A stretch of 20,000 nt of DNA from Pelagomonas calceolata (taxonomy: Eukaryota), in NCBI GenBank assembly GCA_918797485.1, contig CAKKNE010000005.1:5268732-5288731 (forward strand), in the 5' to 3' direction. This document shows, one piece after another, positions 9,001 to 17,222 of this stretch. Within the stretch, counting starts at the first letter, position 1. Each line of letters begins with the position of its first letter. Below the pieces are notes generated by a model. It was given only the letters and a program-made list of their open reading frames with translations, had not been told where the DNA came from and did no database searches. A program made the position numbers and the translations under genes.

Positions 9001-10742
9001 AGCTTTGTCGCGTCCGCGACGCGCGCCTCGAACTCACCCGAAGCGTCGGACTCCGCGAGGAGCGACGTCTCGGGTAAGGCAGCGACGAGCTGCGGCGTCT
9101 TTTTGGACGCGTGCGCAGTGTTGATCCCAAAGAACGCCGTGCCGCCGCCCGCCTCGACGGCGCGTATCAATACCGACGCCGACTCTGGAGAGCCGTTAAA
9201 GCCGTGGAACGCGACCCGCGGCGGCCGCTCGGCTCGTATCGCCGCGGCGACGGCGTCGACGCGCTTGACGCAGTGCACCGTGACGCCTCTGCCCAATTCC
9301 CGCGCCAGCGCGAGCTGCGCTCGGAATATCGAGTCCTGGAGCTCCAGGTCCGGCGGCTCCCCGCTCCCGGGTGGGCTTCGTCCCCCCGCGAACTTGTCGA
9401 GGCCGCACTCGCCCACGAGCGCCGTCGGTGATTCCACGAGGCGCCTTTCTAGCGCGTCGAGCCACCCCTCGGACGCGTCGCAGGCCCACCAGGGGTGCAC
9501 GCCGTAGGCCACCGCCTTGGCCGTCGGCGCGAGCGCGGAGACCGCGTCCCAGTCGCCCGGCCCGGTGGAGCAGACGACGAGTTCTGCGGCCGACGCCGGC
9601 GGCTCGGGGGCGAACTGCGCGTGGCAGTGCGTGTCCACGGCGCCCAGCGCCGTCGACCGGCGCCTCGACACGCGCGGCGGCCCGCCGCTGCCGCCCCGCC
9701 ATCGTGTTTTCTGTGGTGGCCGCGATCGCGCAGCCAAGCCAAAGTCCGAGCACGGGCAGTCGGCCTCCTCCCACGCATCGTCTTCTCCGTCGTCGACGCC
9801 CGCCAAGACGGCGGCGATCGGCCTCGCGGCACCCGCGGTGTCGTCGCGCGCAGCGCTTTCGGCAATCAAGACGTCGTGTTCCACGGCAGCGACGGCGCCG
9901 TCAGCAATCAGGACGTCGACGGCCGCGGCGCCCGCCGCGAGGCCGAACGCCGCCGTCGCAAAGACCGACGACCCGAGGCCCATGTCGCAGGCGCCCGTCC
10001 GGACCTCGGCCTTGGCCGGCGGCCGCTCGTCCGAGTAGACGGAGACGACGCGGGCCTCGCGGTTCTCGCCGTCCAGCCCCGCGGCCCGGCGCGCGCGGCG
10101 CCACTGCTTCCGCGTCGCTCGCAAGAGGGCGTCGCCCGTGCGCGCGCCGCGGACGTCGCCTGGCCGCACGCGCACGGCCGTGGGGTCGCGGCGCCCGCCC
10201 GCGGCGCCGCAGACGACTATGGCCTGCGCCCGCGCGTCGCAGGCGCGCAGCAGCGCGACCTTGTCGTTTGCATTATCGATGCAGTCGACGACGACGTCGA
10301 CCTTTGCCGCGTCGAGGATCGCGTCCGCGTTCTCTTCGCCCACAAAATCCGGCACGCATTCGAAGACGGCGTTCGGATTGATGTCCGTTAGTCTATCACG
10401 GAGCACGTCGACCTTGGACTTGCCGACCGTCGAGCTGAGCGCGACGAGCTGCCGATTCGTGTTCGAGACGCAGACCTCGTCCAAGTCGACGAGAATCAGC
10501 CGCCCGACGCCCGTCCGCGCGATGGCCTCGGCCGCCCACGAGCCGACGCCACCGACGCCGACGACCATCGCCGAGGCGTCGCGCAGTGTGGTGGTGGCGG
10601 AGTCGCCGTAAAGCCGCCGCGTGCCCGCGAAGCGCACGTCGTCCAGCGCGTCGCCCGCTTGGAGTCGTCGCACCACTCGCTGCGGGTTTGTTACGAATGC
10701 TGCAGCTGCGGCCAGCGCGAGTGCGCATCGCATGGCATTCAT
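8922..10742 (-). CDS. tcdA: Fusion of a TcdA/CsdL-type ThiF (E1-like) tRNA threonylcarbamoyladenosine dehydratase with a TatD-family nuclease; predicted plastid presequence
   Basis: N-half: RFAGTRRLYG, VVGVGGVGSWAAEAIARTGVG, DLDEVCVSNTNRQ, DCIDN, GAAGGRRDPT, VYSDE, GSSVFATAAFG. C-half: DTHCH, GVHPW, VGECGLD, FRAQLALA, VHCVK, HGFNGS, LAESD. N-terminus MRCALALAAAAA-FV resembles an ASAFAP cleavage site. Confidence 0.9.
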   Translation of the reverse strand: MNAMRCALALAAAAAFVTNPQRVVRRLQAGDALDDVRFAGTRRLYGDSATTTLRDASAMVVGVGGVGSWAAEAIARTGVGRLILVDLDEVCVSNTNRQLVALSSTVGKSKVDVLRDRLTDINPNAVFECVPDFVGEENADAILDAAKVDVVVDCIDNANDKVALLRACDARAQAIVVCGAAGGRRDPTAVRVRPGDVRGARTGDALLRATRKQWRRARRAAGLDGENREARVVSVYSDERPPAKAEVRTGACDMGLGSSVFATAAFGLAAGAAAVDVLIADGAVAAVEHDVLIAESAARDDTAGAARPIAAVLAGVDDGEDDAWEEADCPCSDFGLAARSRPPQKTRWRGGSGGPPRVSRRRSTALGAVDTHCHAQFAPEPPASAAELVVCSTGPGDWDAVSALAPTAKAVAYGVHPWWACDASEGWLDALERRLVESPTALVGECGLDKFAGGRSPPGSGEPPDLELQDSIFRAQLALARELGRGVTVHCVKRVDAVAAAIRAERPPRVAFHGFNGSPESASVLIRAVEAGGGTAFFGINTAHASKKTPQLVAALPETSLLAESDASGEFEARVADATKLIADARNWSLDVAEERLAGNARAFLL

Positions 10743-10877
10743 GTGTGCTCCTGTGCGAGTGCTCCTGTGTCAGGATTGCGTCCGCACGGGTCGTATGTGT
10801 TATCAGGACTGCTCCCTCGCAACTATTGTTTCACCTGCACGTCTGCGCTGCCTTTCAACTTGATCGACGAATCGATG

Positions 10878-10900
10878 CTAGTGTCTTACAGGCCGCTAGC
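10878..10900 (-). promoter_or_regulatory. Conserved divergent-promoter element, copy 2 (GCTAGCGGCCTGTAAGACACTAG on minus strand)
   Basis: 22/23 identical to copy 1; near the centre of the 10743-11060 intergenic region. Confidence 0.7.
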
Positions 10901-11060
10901 TTATTATAGGCAGCACGCCATTTGGAGCCCCAGCACTGCGCAAGTAACACTATTCGCGTCTAGAAACGCAGCAGCACTGATAAAAAACGCAGCAGTCATC
11001 AAAAAGCTGGCAAAAAAAAAGCACCGCCACAAGGAAGGCAGAGCCGCACGCGAAGCGCCC

Positions 11061-12094
11061 ATGATAACGCGTCGGTATCTGGCCGCCGCGGGCATTGCGA
11101 TCGTGGCGGTCGTCGCAACAACTGCGCCCAGAGCACCCGCAAAAAATCGAACGACGCCGTGGCTCACCTCCAACAACGCGTCCTACGTGTCGCTGCCGCG
11201 AATCGTCAAAGAGTACGCGCACGACTCCGGCGCGTTCACGCAAGGGCTCGTCTTCGGCGCGGACGGCGCGCTTTACGAGAGCGACGGGCTCTACCGGAAA
11301 TCGCGGGTGCGGCGCGTCGAACTCGACACGGGCAAGACGCTCGCGAAGAACCTGAACGCGAACGAGCACTTTGGCGAGGGCCTCGCGGCCATCGGGGAGA
11401 AGCTCTACCAGCTCACGTGGCGCGAGGGGGCCATGCACGAGTACGACACGAAGACGCTCCGACGGCTCTCGACGAGGGCGCAGCCGTTTCACGGCGAAGG
11501 CTGGGGGCTGGCCTACGACGAGACGACGGGGCTCGCGTACGGGACCGATGGCACGCACCGCGTCCACGTGCTGCGGCCGGCGCACAACTGGGCGGCGCTC
11601 CACGTGCTTCGCGTCAAGGACGAGCGCCTCGGCGACGCCCTGATCGAGGGCCTGAACGAATTGGAAATGGTCGAGGGCGAGCTCTGGGCGAACGTCCTGC
11701 CGCTGCGCTACCACAAGGCGTCGCCTTGCGTTGGACTGCGGCGTCGTAATATGAGGCGTCTACGCAAGCCAATACCTAAAACACACAGGTTGCCCGCATC
11801 GATATCAACACGGGCAACGTGCTTGGCTGGGTCGACCTCTCGGCCCTGCGCGACAAGCAGTCGAGCCGCGTCCGGCGGCAGCCGCACCACTTTGTGACGA
11901 ACGGCATCGCCTACCGGCGCGCAGCCGGCCGCCCGCAACTGCTCGCGACCGGCAAGCAGTGGGACTCGATGTTCGACATCGACCTCGAGGCGTCGAACCT
12001 GGGGCCGGACCACGTCCGGAGCCGCTGTGACCTGTATTTGTCTCCCACCAACTCAAAAGCACACCACCGCCCGTCGAGCTTTTTCCCTCACTAG
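11061..12094 (+). CDS. Glutamine cyclotransferase (plant/bacterial-type glutaminyl cyclase), two exons (11061-11729, 11789-12094), 324 aa
   Basis: HDSGAFTQGL, LYESDGLY, FGEGL, YQLTW, GEGWGL, TDGT, LNELE..EGELWANV; after the intron VARID..TG.VLGWVDLS, NGIAY, TGKQW. N-terminal hydrophobic anchor. Confidence 0.93.
11730..11788 (+). other. Spliceosomal intron, 59 bp, phase 0
   Basis: GTTGGACTG...AAAACACACAG; removal joins ASPC|VARIDINTG and links two ORFs with consecutive parts of the family. Confidence 0.88.
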
Positions 12095-12128
12095 TCGTCT
12101 GTTTGTAAAAGTGAGCAAAAATTATTAA

Positions 12129-14120
12129 TTAGAGCAACTCCGTCCACAAACTCGACTCCAGCTCCACGCCACCGCTGGCCGGCGCGGCCTCGAACGTCGC
12201 GACGGCCGGCGCCGGCTCCTTGACATCCTCCAATTCGGGCGGCGGCGCCGGCTGGTCCGAGAACTTGCCGCCCGGTTTATAGTCCTCGAGGTCCACGTAT
12301 TCGATGCCGTCCTCGGACTTATCTCGCGCGCGCTCCTTCTCGGCGGCCTTTTTCTTGTCCTCGACGGACTGCTCCCGCTGGTTGATGTAATGCTGCGAGA
12401 GGATGTCGGCGCGATGGAACCGGTCCTCGGGGAAGACGCCGTCGTCGCGCTCGCCCGCGTTGTCCGCGGCGCGCGCCGCGACGTCCGCCGCGTGCGCCGC
12501 GGCGAACGCCAGGTCGTGGACGCTCGCGCCGGAGGGCGGCTTCTCGAGCGCCGGCGCCGCCGAGGCCGTGGCCGCCTCGCGCAGGCCGTACCGATCCTCG
12601 GGCGCGGCCGGGGCCGGCGCGGCGGCGGCGTCGTCCGCCTTGCCGGCGGCGTCCTTCTTTCCGCCGCGCAGCGCCCGCGCGACGCGCGCCTGCTTCGAGC
12701 CCGGGTCCGCGGCGGCCGCAAAGTCGGTCTGGTCCACGGGCAACTCCACGTCCAGCACCCAACGGCTCGCCGACGGCTTCCGGTGCCGCGCCACGGCGGC
12801 GGTGGCCTCGACGCCGAACGGCAGCCGGACCACGAGCTTCTCGCGGCCGGGCATGACGGCCCGCACGGCGAACGCGCTCGCGGCGACCTTCCCCGAGGCG
12901 AACGGATCCCGCTTCGAGCCGCGGTCGCGCGGCAGCGACAAGCGCACCACGAGGTCCCGCGGTCGGTCGGCGTCCGCGGGAATCGCGTCGAAGCCCTCGC
13001 GCGGGCCGCGCGGCAGCAAAACGACGGGCCACGCGTCGTCGGAGGCGCCGTCCGGCGCCCGCACGAGCGCGGCCCCCCGCATCGGCGCGTACCAGAGCTC
13101 CGCGTCCGGCGCGGGGCCCAGCGCCATCTTCGGCGCCGCGGCCTTTCGCGCGCGGTGCACGTCGCCGGGCGAGGCCTCGGCGACCTTGGACGCCTCCTTT
13201 GACGAGTCGCGCACGTACTGGGCGCCCTCCTCCGGGTCGCCCTTGTACTTCATGCGCGGCAGCTTGTACTTGCGGTCCAGTTCCAACTTGTACTTTTGTT
13301 CGACGTAGGTCAGCGCAAGTTGGCAGATGAAGTCGCGCTGGGCGCCCGTCTCGTCGTTGACGCACTCGGCGAGGACGGTCGGATTCACGACGCAGTCGAC
13401 GACGATGCTCGCGGTGCCCTTGTTGTCGGCGCAGCCGCGGGGCGGGCCGATGCTCACCGGCACGCTCACGCCCTCGACCTCGTTGCCCTCGTTGTCGAGG
13501 CGCTTCGTCGGCTTGGGCGCGCCGACGGCGGCGGCCGAGCACACGTTGACGAAGTACTTTTGCGGCGCGCCCGCGCCGGCCTCCCGGATGCCGCCGCCCT
13601 CGGGCGCCTTTTGCGTGCCCGTCGTCTTGAGCACGAAGCCCGGCGTCGGCACGATGCGGATGCCGTCCTCGGTCGCCGGCCGCGTCGCGCCGCCGGCGCC
13701 GAGCACGCGCCCGCCGGGCAGCTCGAGCTCGTCGCCGGCGCGCGCCGGCCGCGACACGCGTTCCGGCGCGCCGGCGGGGGCGGGCGCCTTGCCCTGCTTG
13801 GCCTTTTCCCAGAGCTCGCCGACCTTGTCGTCGGCGCCCTCGCCCGAGAGCGCCGCCTGCATGAGCTCGGCGAAGGCCTCGGGGTCGCGCGCCTGCAGCT
13901 CCGAAAGCTCCTCGATGGCCGCGTTGGCTTCCTGCGGGTCCATGCCCGGCGGGTGGCCCGCGATGGCCGACGCGGCGGCGAACGGCGTCGCCGCGGCCGC
14001 GAGCTGCGGCTCGGGCGGCGACGCCGCCGCGGCCGCGCCGCCATCGATGATCAGCGACGACCGTGCTGGCGCGTCGCCCAACAGCGCCGACGACGTCGTC
14101 CGGCGCTTTGGCTTTGGCAT
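12129..14120 (-). CDS. PIH1-domain co-chaperone (PIH1D1/Kintoun/MOT48-like)
   Basis: IVPTPGFVLKT, KYFVNVC, VPVSIGPPR...DNKG....VDCVVNP, FICQLALTYVEQKY...DRKYKLPRMKYKG, followed by a CS-like beta region ending LDVELPV. Paralog identity cannot be resolved by eye. Confidence 0.9.
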   Translation of the reverse strand: MPKPKRRTTSSALLGDAPARSSLIIDGGAAAAASPPEPQLAAAATPFAAASAIAGHPPGMDPQEANAAIEELSELQARDPEAFAELMQAALSGEGADDKVGELWEKAKQGKAPAPAGAPERVSRPARAGDELELPGGRVLGAGGATRPATEDGIRIVPTPGFVLKTTGTQKAPEGGGIREAGAGAPQKYFVNVCSAAAVGAPKPTKRLDNEGNEVEGVSVPVSIGPPRGCADNKGTASIVVDCVVNPTVLAECVNDETGAQRDFICQLALTYVEQKYKLELDRKYKLPRMKYKGDPEEGAQYVRDSSKEASKVAEASPGDVHRARKAAAPKMALGPAPDAELWYAPMRGAALVRAPDGASDDAWPVVLLPRGPREGFDAIPADADRPRDLVVRLSLPRDRGSKRDPFASGKVAASAFAVRAVMPGREKLVVRLPFGVEATAAVARHRKPSASRWVLDVELPVDQTDFAAAADPGSKQARVARALRGGKKDAAGKADDAAAAPAPAAPEDRYGLREAATASAAPALEKPPSGASVHDLAFAAAHAADVAARAADNAGERDDGVFPEDRFHRADILSQHYINQREQSVEDKKKAAEKERARDKSEDGIEYVDLEDYKPGGKFSDQPAPPPELEDVKEPAPAVATFEAAPASGGVELESSLWTELL

Positions 14121-14274
14121 TGGAGCTCGATTTTGTAATTTATGGCTTCTGGTGCGTTAGGGCTGCGGATTTTTAGCCTAAACGTTGCTGTATGTATGAA
14201 TGTCTTCTCAGCAAGGGCTCATTCGCTGCAGTAAGGGCGACTCGGCGCGTTTGCCAGCTTCCGCCGCTAAGCTA

Positions 14275-14296
14275 GCTAGCGGCGGTAAGACACTAG
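14275..14296 (+). promoter_or_regulatory. Conserved divergent-promoter element, copy 3 (GCTAGCGGCG-GTAAGACACTAG)
   Basis: Copy 1 with a single T deleted; overlaps a 9-bp inverted repeat, CCGCCGCTA (14261-14269) / TAGCGGCGG (14277-14285). Confidence 0.7.
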
Positions 14297-14473
14297 CAAG
14301 TAATAGGTCTGCGCAGCGCGACAAAGAGCTTGCTTTACGAGCCCCCGCTCATAGAATCACATAGATTTCGGGCTGGAGTAGCCGCCCACAAGACTCCCCG
14401 AGCCTCCGGGCCGCCGCCGCGCCGCCCCACGGGCACAGAGCCCTATAGCGCCTAGCGCCTCCGAACGAGAGCG

Positions 14474-15397
14474 ATGGAGAATAAACAGCCCCCGGCGAAG
14501 CGCAAGACCGACCAGAGCAGCTCGCCGCCGGCGCCGCCGGCGAAGCAACAAAAAAAGGAGACGACGCTCGAGTCGGTCGCGTCGCGCTGCCGCGACGCCA
14601 TCTCGGGCTCCCTGCTCGTCGACCCCGTGATCGCGGAGGACGGCCACACCTACGAGCGCAGCACGATCCGCGAGTGGTTCAGGCGGTGCGCGCAGCAGCC
14701 GACGTCGCCGCTGACGCACGAGCGCATGGGCACCGAACTGCGGCGCAACTTCGCGGTGCGCGCCATCGTCGAGGACCTCGCGTCGTCGCCGGGCCTCGGG
14801 GCCGAGGAGCGCGCCGAGTGGCACGTCGCGCGCGGCCGGCTCCTCTGCGAGCGCCAGGAGAGCAAAGACGGCGACGAGGCGAACAAGCCCGACGTCCGCG
14901 CGGCGCGCGCGGCCTTCGAGCGCGCCGCGCGGCTCGTCGACGAGCCGCCCGCGGGCGGCGACGCGCCGCCGACGGCGCTCGGCGAGGAGGCGCGCGTCTG
15001 CCGCGACCTCTGCGACGCCCTCCTCGACGTCGCGCGGCTGCGCGCGCGCGCGGCCACCGCGAAGGTCGACATCACCTTCGCCGACACGGCGTTCGACGCG
15101 CTCTTCCGGCCGGCCGGCGCGCGGCTCACGCGGTTCCAGCAGCTGACGCGGGGCACGCGCGTCCGCGTCGTCCACGACCGCCAGGCCGTCCTCGCCGCGT
15201 TCGAGGCCCAGGACGACGTCCTCGGGCTGCCCGACGACTGGGAGGCGTCGCTCGGCTGCGACTTCATCGTCGAGAACTACGACAACGGCGACTCGACGTA
15301 CGTCCTCGTCAAGCCCGGCGCCTTCGACGAGACGTCGGCTACCAACGCCAAGGACGGGAAGTGGTGGCCGTACTCGGTGGTTGTGTTGCTGCCATGA
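14474..15397 (+). CDS. U-box E3 ubiquitin ligase-like protein with a possible Mind-bomb-type SH3 repeat at the C-terminus
   Basis: U-box: DAISGSLLVDPVIAEDGHTYERSTIREWF....TSPLTHERM....RRNFAVRAIVE. C-terminal RGTRVRVVHD...LG....V...D.GD...WWP resembles the MIB SH3 repeat (weaker call). Confidence 0.88.
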   Translation: MENKQPPAKRKTDQSSSPPAPPAKQQKKETTLESVASRCRDAISGSLLVDPVIAEDGHTYERSTIREWFRRCAQQPTSPLTHERMGTELRRNFAVRAIVEDLASSPGLGAEERAEWHVARGRLLCERQESKDGDEANKPDVRAARAAFERAARLVDEPPAGGDAPPTALGEEARVCRDLCDALLDVARLRARAATAKVDITFADTAFDALFRPAGARLTRFQQLTRGTRVRVVHDRQAVLAAFEAQDDVLGLPDDWEASLGCDFIVENYDNGDSTYVLVKPGAFDETSATNAKDGKWWPYSVVVLLP

Positions 15398-15425
15398 ACT
15401 TTGTAATTTCGCATCTACTAGTAAA

Positions 15426-16913
15426 CTACATTAATCGGAGCACCCCCACAGCAATCGCCTCGACGCTGACGTCTCCTGCGTCCGGGTAGGACCAGCCGGT
15501 GTAATCCGATACCGTCGTCGCCTCGAACTCGCGATCGGCCCGGGGCAGGCACCGGTCGAGCTCGTCCAGGAACGCGTCCCGGTGCCGCCGCTGCGAATCC
15601 GTGACGACGACGGTCGCGCCCCCGATCTTTAGCGCTGCACACGTGCGCGCAACTGCTCGGGTGATTTCCTCAGTGTACAGCAAGTCTGCGGCGACCGCGA
15701 CGTCGACGCCGCGGACCGGGCTCTCTGCCACGTCGCCGAGAAAATCAAAGACCTGCGTCCGCACGACTCCCAGGTCCTGCGCTGCGGCTGCCGCCTCGAT
15801 CAGCTCGAGTACTCCCGGCGAGGCGTCCGTGGCAACCACTTCCGCCGCCCCCATGCTGGCCGCGGCGAGCGAGCAGAGGCCGGTCCCCGCACCAATCTCG
15901 ACGACGCAGCGGCCCGCGAGCGACATCTCCGCGAGGGCCTCGGCCGCGGCCCGGCTGCCCGGCCACAGCACGCCGCCACACATCGCAGAGCGAGGACTAT
16001 CCGTGTCGCATCCGTCGTCGCTGGTCGGGTCGGCGACCTCGAATATCGATACGGTTGTGCCGGCGACATCGATCGTCCGCACGCGAAAATCATCCGCGAC
16101 CGTCGCATCAGCCGTGGTCGTTTCGCGGCCGCTTCGTGCCCAGTCCGGCGGCGCCTCCAGCGCCAGCGCCGCGCTGCCCGGGAGCTTTGATGGCGCCGGG
16201 GCGAGGCCTCGCAGTCGGAAACACTCGGATGGAGGGAGCAGGAACGCCTCGTCGTCGTGAGCTGGGTCGAGCTGTGGTACGCCCGCGGTTCCCCCAAGGA
16301 CGAGCGCGAACGTGCGGTCGTCGTCCGGAAGTTCGCACACGTGGTCGTCTCCCATGTAACTCAGCGGTTGGTCGTCGCAGCCTTGTCGGTCGATGTCGCA
16401 CCAGCCCGGCCGCTCTTCGGGGTACATGTGGATCACGTTTATGCCCGCGTCGTCGTCGCCGAGGAAGGCGGCGCTCAGCCATAGGCTGTGCGGCTCGGGC
16501 CAGCGCCCCGTCGCGGGGTACGTCATGGCGACCGAACAGCCGCACTTCGAGCAAAAGTACCGATTCGCCCGAGGGCTGCGGCTCTCGCACTCCTGTGAGG
16601 ATCGCTGGTAGACCGAAAGCGTCTCCCACTGCGAGAAATACGTCGCGGCCAGCGGCACGCACCCCCAGGTGCTAAAGGCGGCGCCGGTCGACCGGCGACA
16701 GCTCCGGCAGTGACAGTGCACGGTCTGCAGCGCGGAAACGTTGACGTGCAGCACCACAGACCCGCAGGCGCAGGAGGCGGCCCGCGGCTTGGGCGGCGCA
16801 GACGCGTCGACCCGCGGACGCGCCGTTGGCAGCCTGCTCGCCGGCGAGATCGCCGACGACGAGGCAGCGATCACGACGGCGGCGACCGCGGTTCTGCGAG
16901 TTGTTCGCCGCAT
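15426..16913 (-). CDS. Fusion of a GFA/CENP-V zinc-binding domain with a Methyltransf_16 (METTL21/ETFBKMT-like) class I SAM methyltransferase, 495 aa
   Basis: GFA: SCACGSV, HCHCRSCRRSTGAAF, RYFCSKCG, HMY..ERPGW. MTase: GGVLWPGS, VVEIGAGTGLCSLAAA, VVATD, AADLLY. First in-frame ATG at 16913 gives a signal-like N-terminus, MRRTTRRTAVAAVVIAASSSA. Confidence 0.88.
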   Translation of the reverse strand: MRRTTRRTAVAAVVIAASSSAISPASRLPTARPRVDASAPPKPRAASCACGSVVLHVNVSALQTVHCHCRSCRRSTGAAFSTWGCVPLAATYFSQWETLSVYQRSSQECESRSPRANRYFCSKCGCSVAMTYPATGRWPEPHSLWLSAAFLGDDDAGINVIHMYPEERPGWCDIDRQGCDDQPLSYMGDDHVCELPDDDRTFALVLGGTAGVPQLDPAHDDEAFLLPPSECFRLRGLAPAPSKLPGSAALALEAPPDWARSGRETTTADATVADDFRVRTIDVAGTTVSIFEVADPTSDDGCDTDSPRSAMCGGVLWPGSRAAAEALAEMSLAGRCVVEIGAGTGLCSLAAASMGAAEVVATDASPGVLELIEAAAAAQDLGVVRTQVFDFLGDVAESPVRGVDVAVAADLLYTEEITRAVARTCAALKIGGATVVVTDSQRRHRDAFLDELDRCLPRADREFEATTVSDYTGWSYPDAGDVSVEAIAVGVLRLM

Positions 16914-17089
16914 TTGTTTCTGCTGTGGGCTGCCCAGTGGGGCAGGCTGATTGGCAAGGACTTTTGCGCAGCGAAAAGTAGTGCTGCCCGGCTGACCAAT
17001 TCGTGCAGCGATTTCGCACGAGCCTGGTGTGCGCACAGATAACACCCCCCAAGCACCGAGCGCGGCCCGCGGATTTTGAGAAAGTCTTG

Positions 17090-17112
17090 CTAGTGTCTTA
17101 CAAGACGCTAGC
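17090..17112 (-). promoter_or_regulatory. Conserved divergent-promoter element, copy 4 (GCTAGCGTCTTGTAAGACACTAG on minus strand)
   Basis: 21/23 identical to copy 1; lies between head-to-head genes. Confidence 0.7.
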
Positions 17113-17222
17113 TATCGCACTTTTTATTGCGTAGGCGAGCTCGCGCTGCTGCACACGCTGTCGACGTGCAACATGAACGCTTAACGAGACGAAAGCATTT
17201 TTGACGGCAACCAGGACCAATA

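Noticed and set aside
8922..10742. Anti-phage-type system (E1-like plus TatD, as in CBASS Cap2 or QatD)
   Set aside because: The ThiF half has TcdA-specific motifs, and no E2, JAB, QueC or cyclase partners are present.
10659..11060. Upstream extensions of ORF-track calls (10659, and likewise 17045)
   Set aside because: The 10659 extension crosses the divergent promoter and overlaps the opposite gene, and the 17045 call does not start at ATG; downstream ATGs give sensible targeting peptides.
5448..11788. Frameshifted pseudogenes at the Tudor-WD40 and cyclotransferase loci
   Set aside because: Both frame breaks are cleanly resolved by GT-AG introns.
14156..14183. Single TTAGGG and an imperfect hairpin upstream of the PIH1 gene (telo-box-like)
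   Set aside because: One hexamer and a mismatched stem are not significant.
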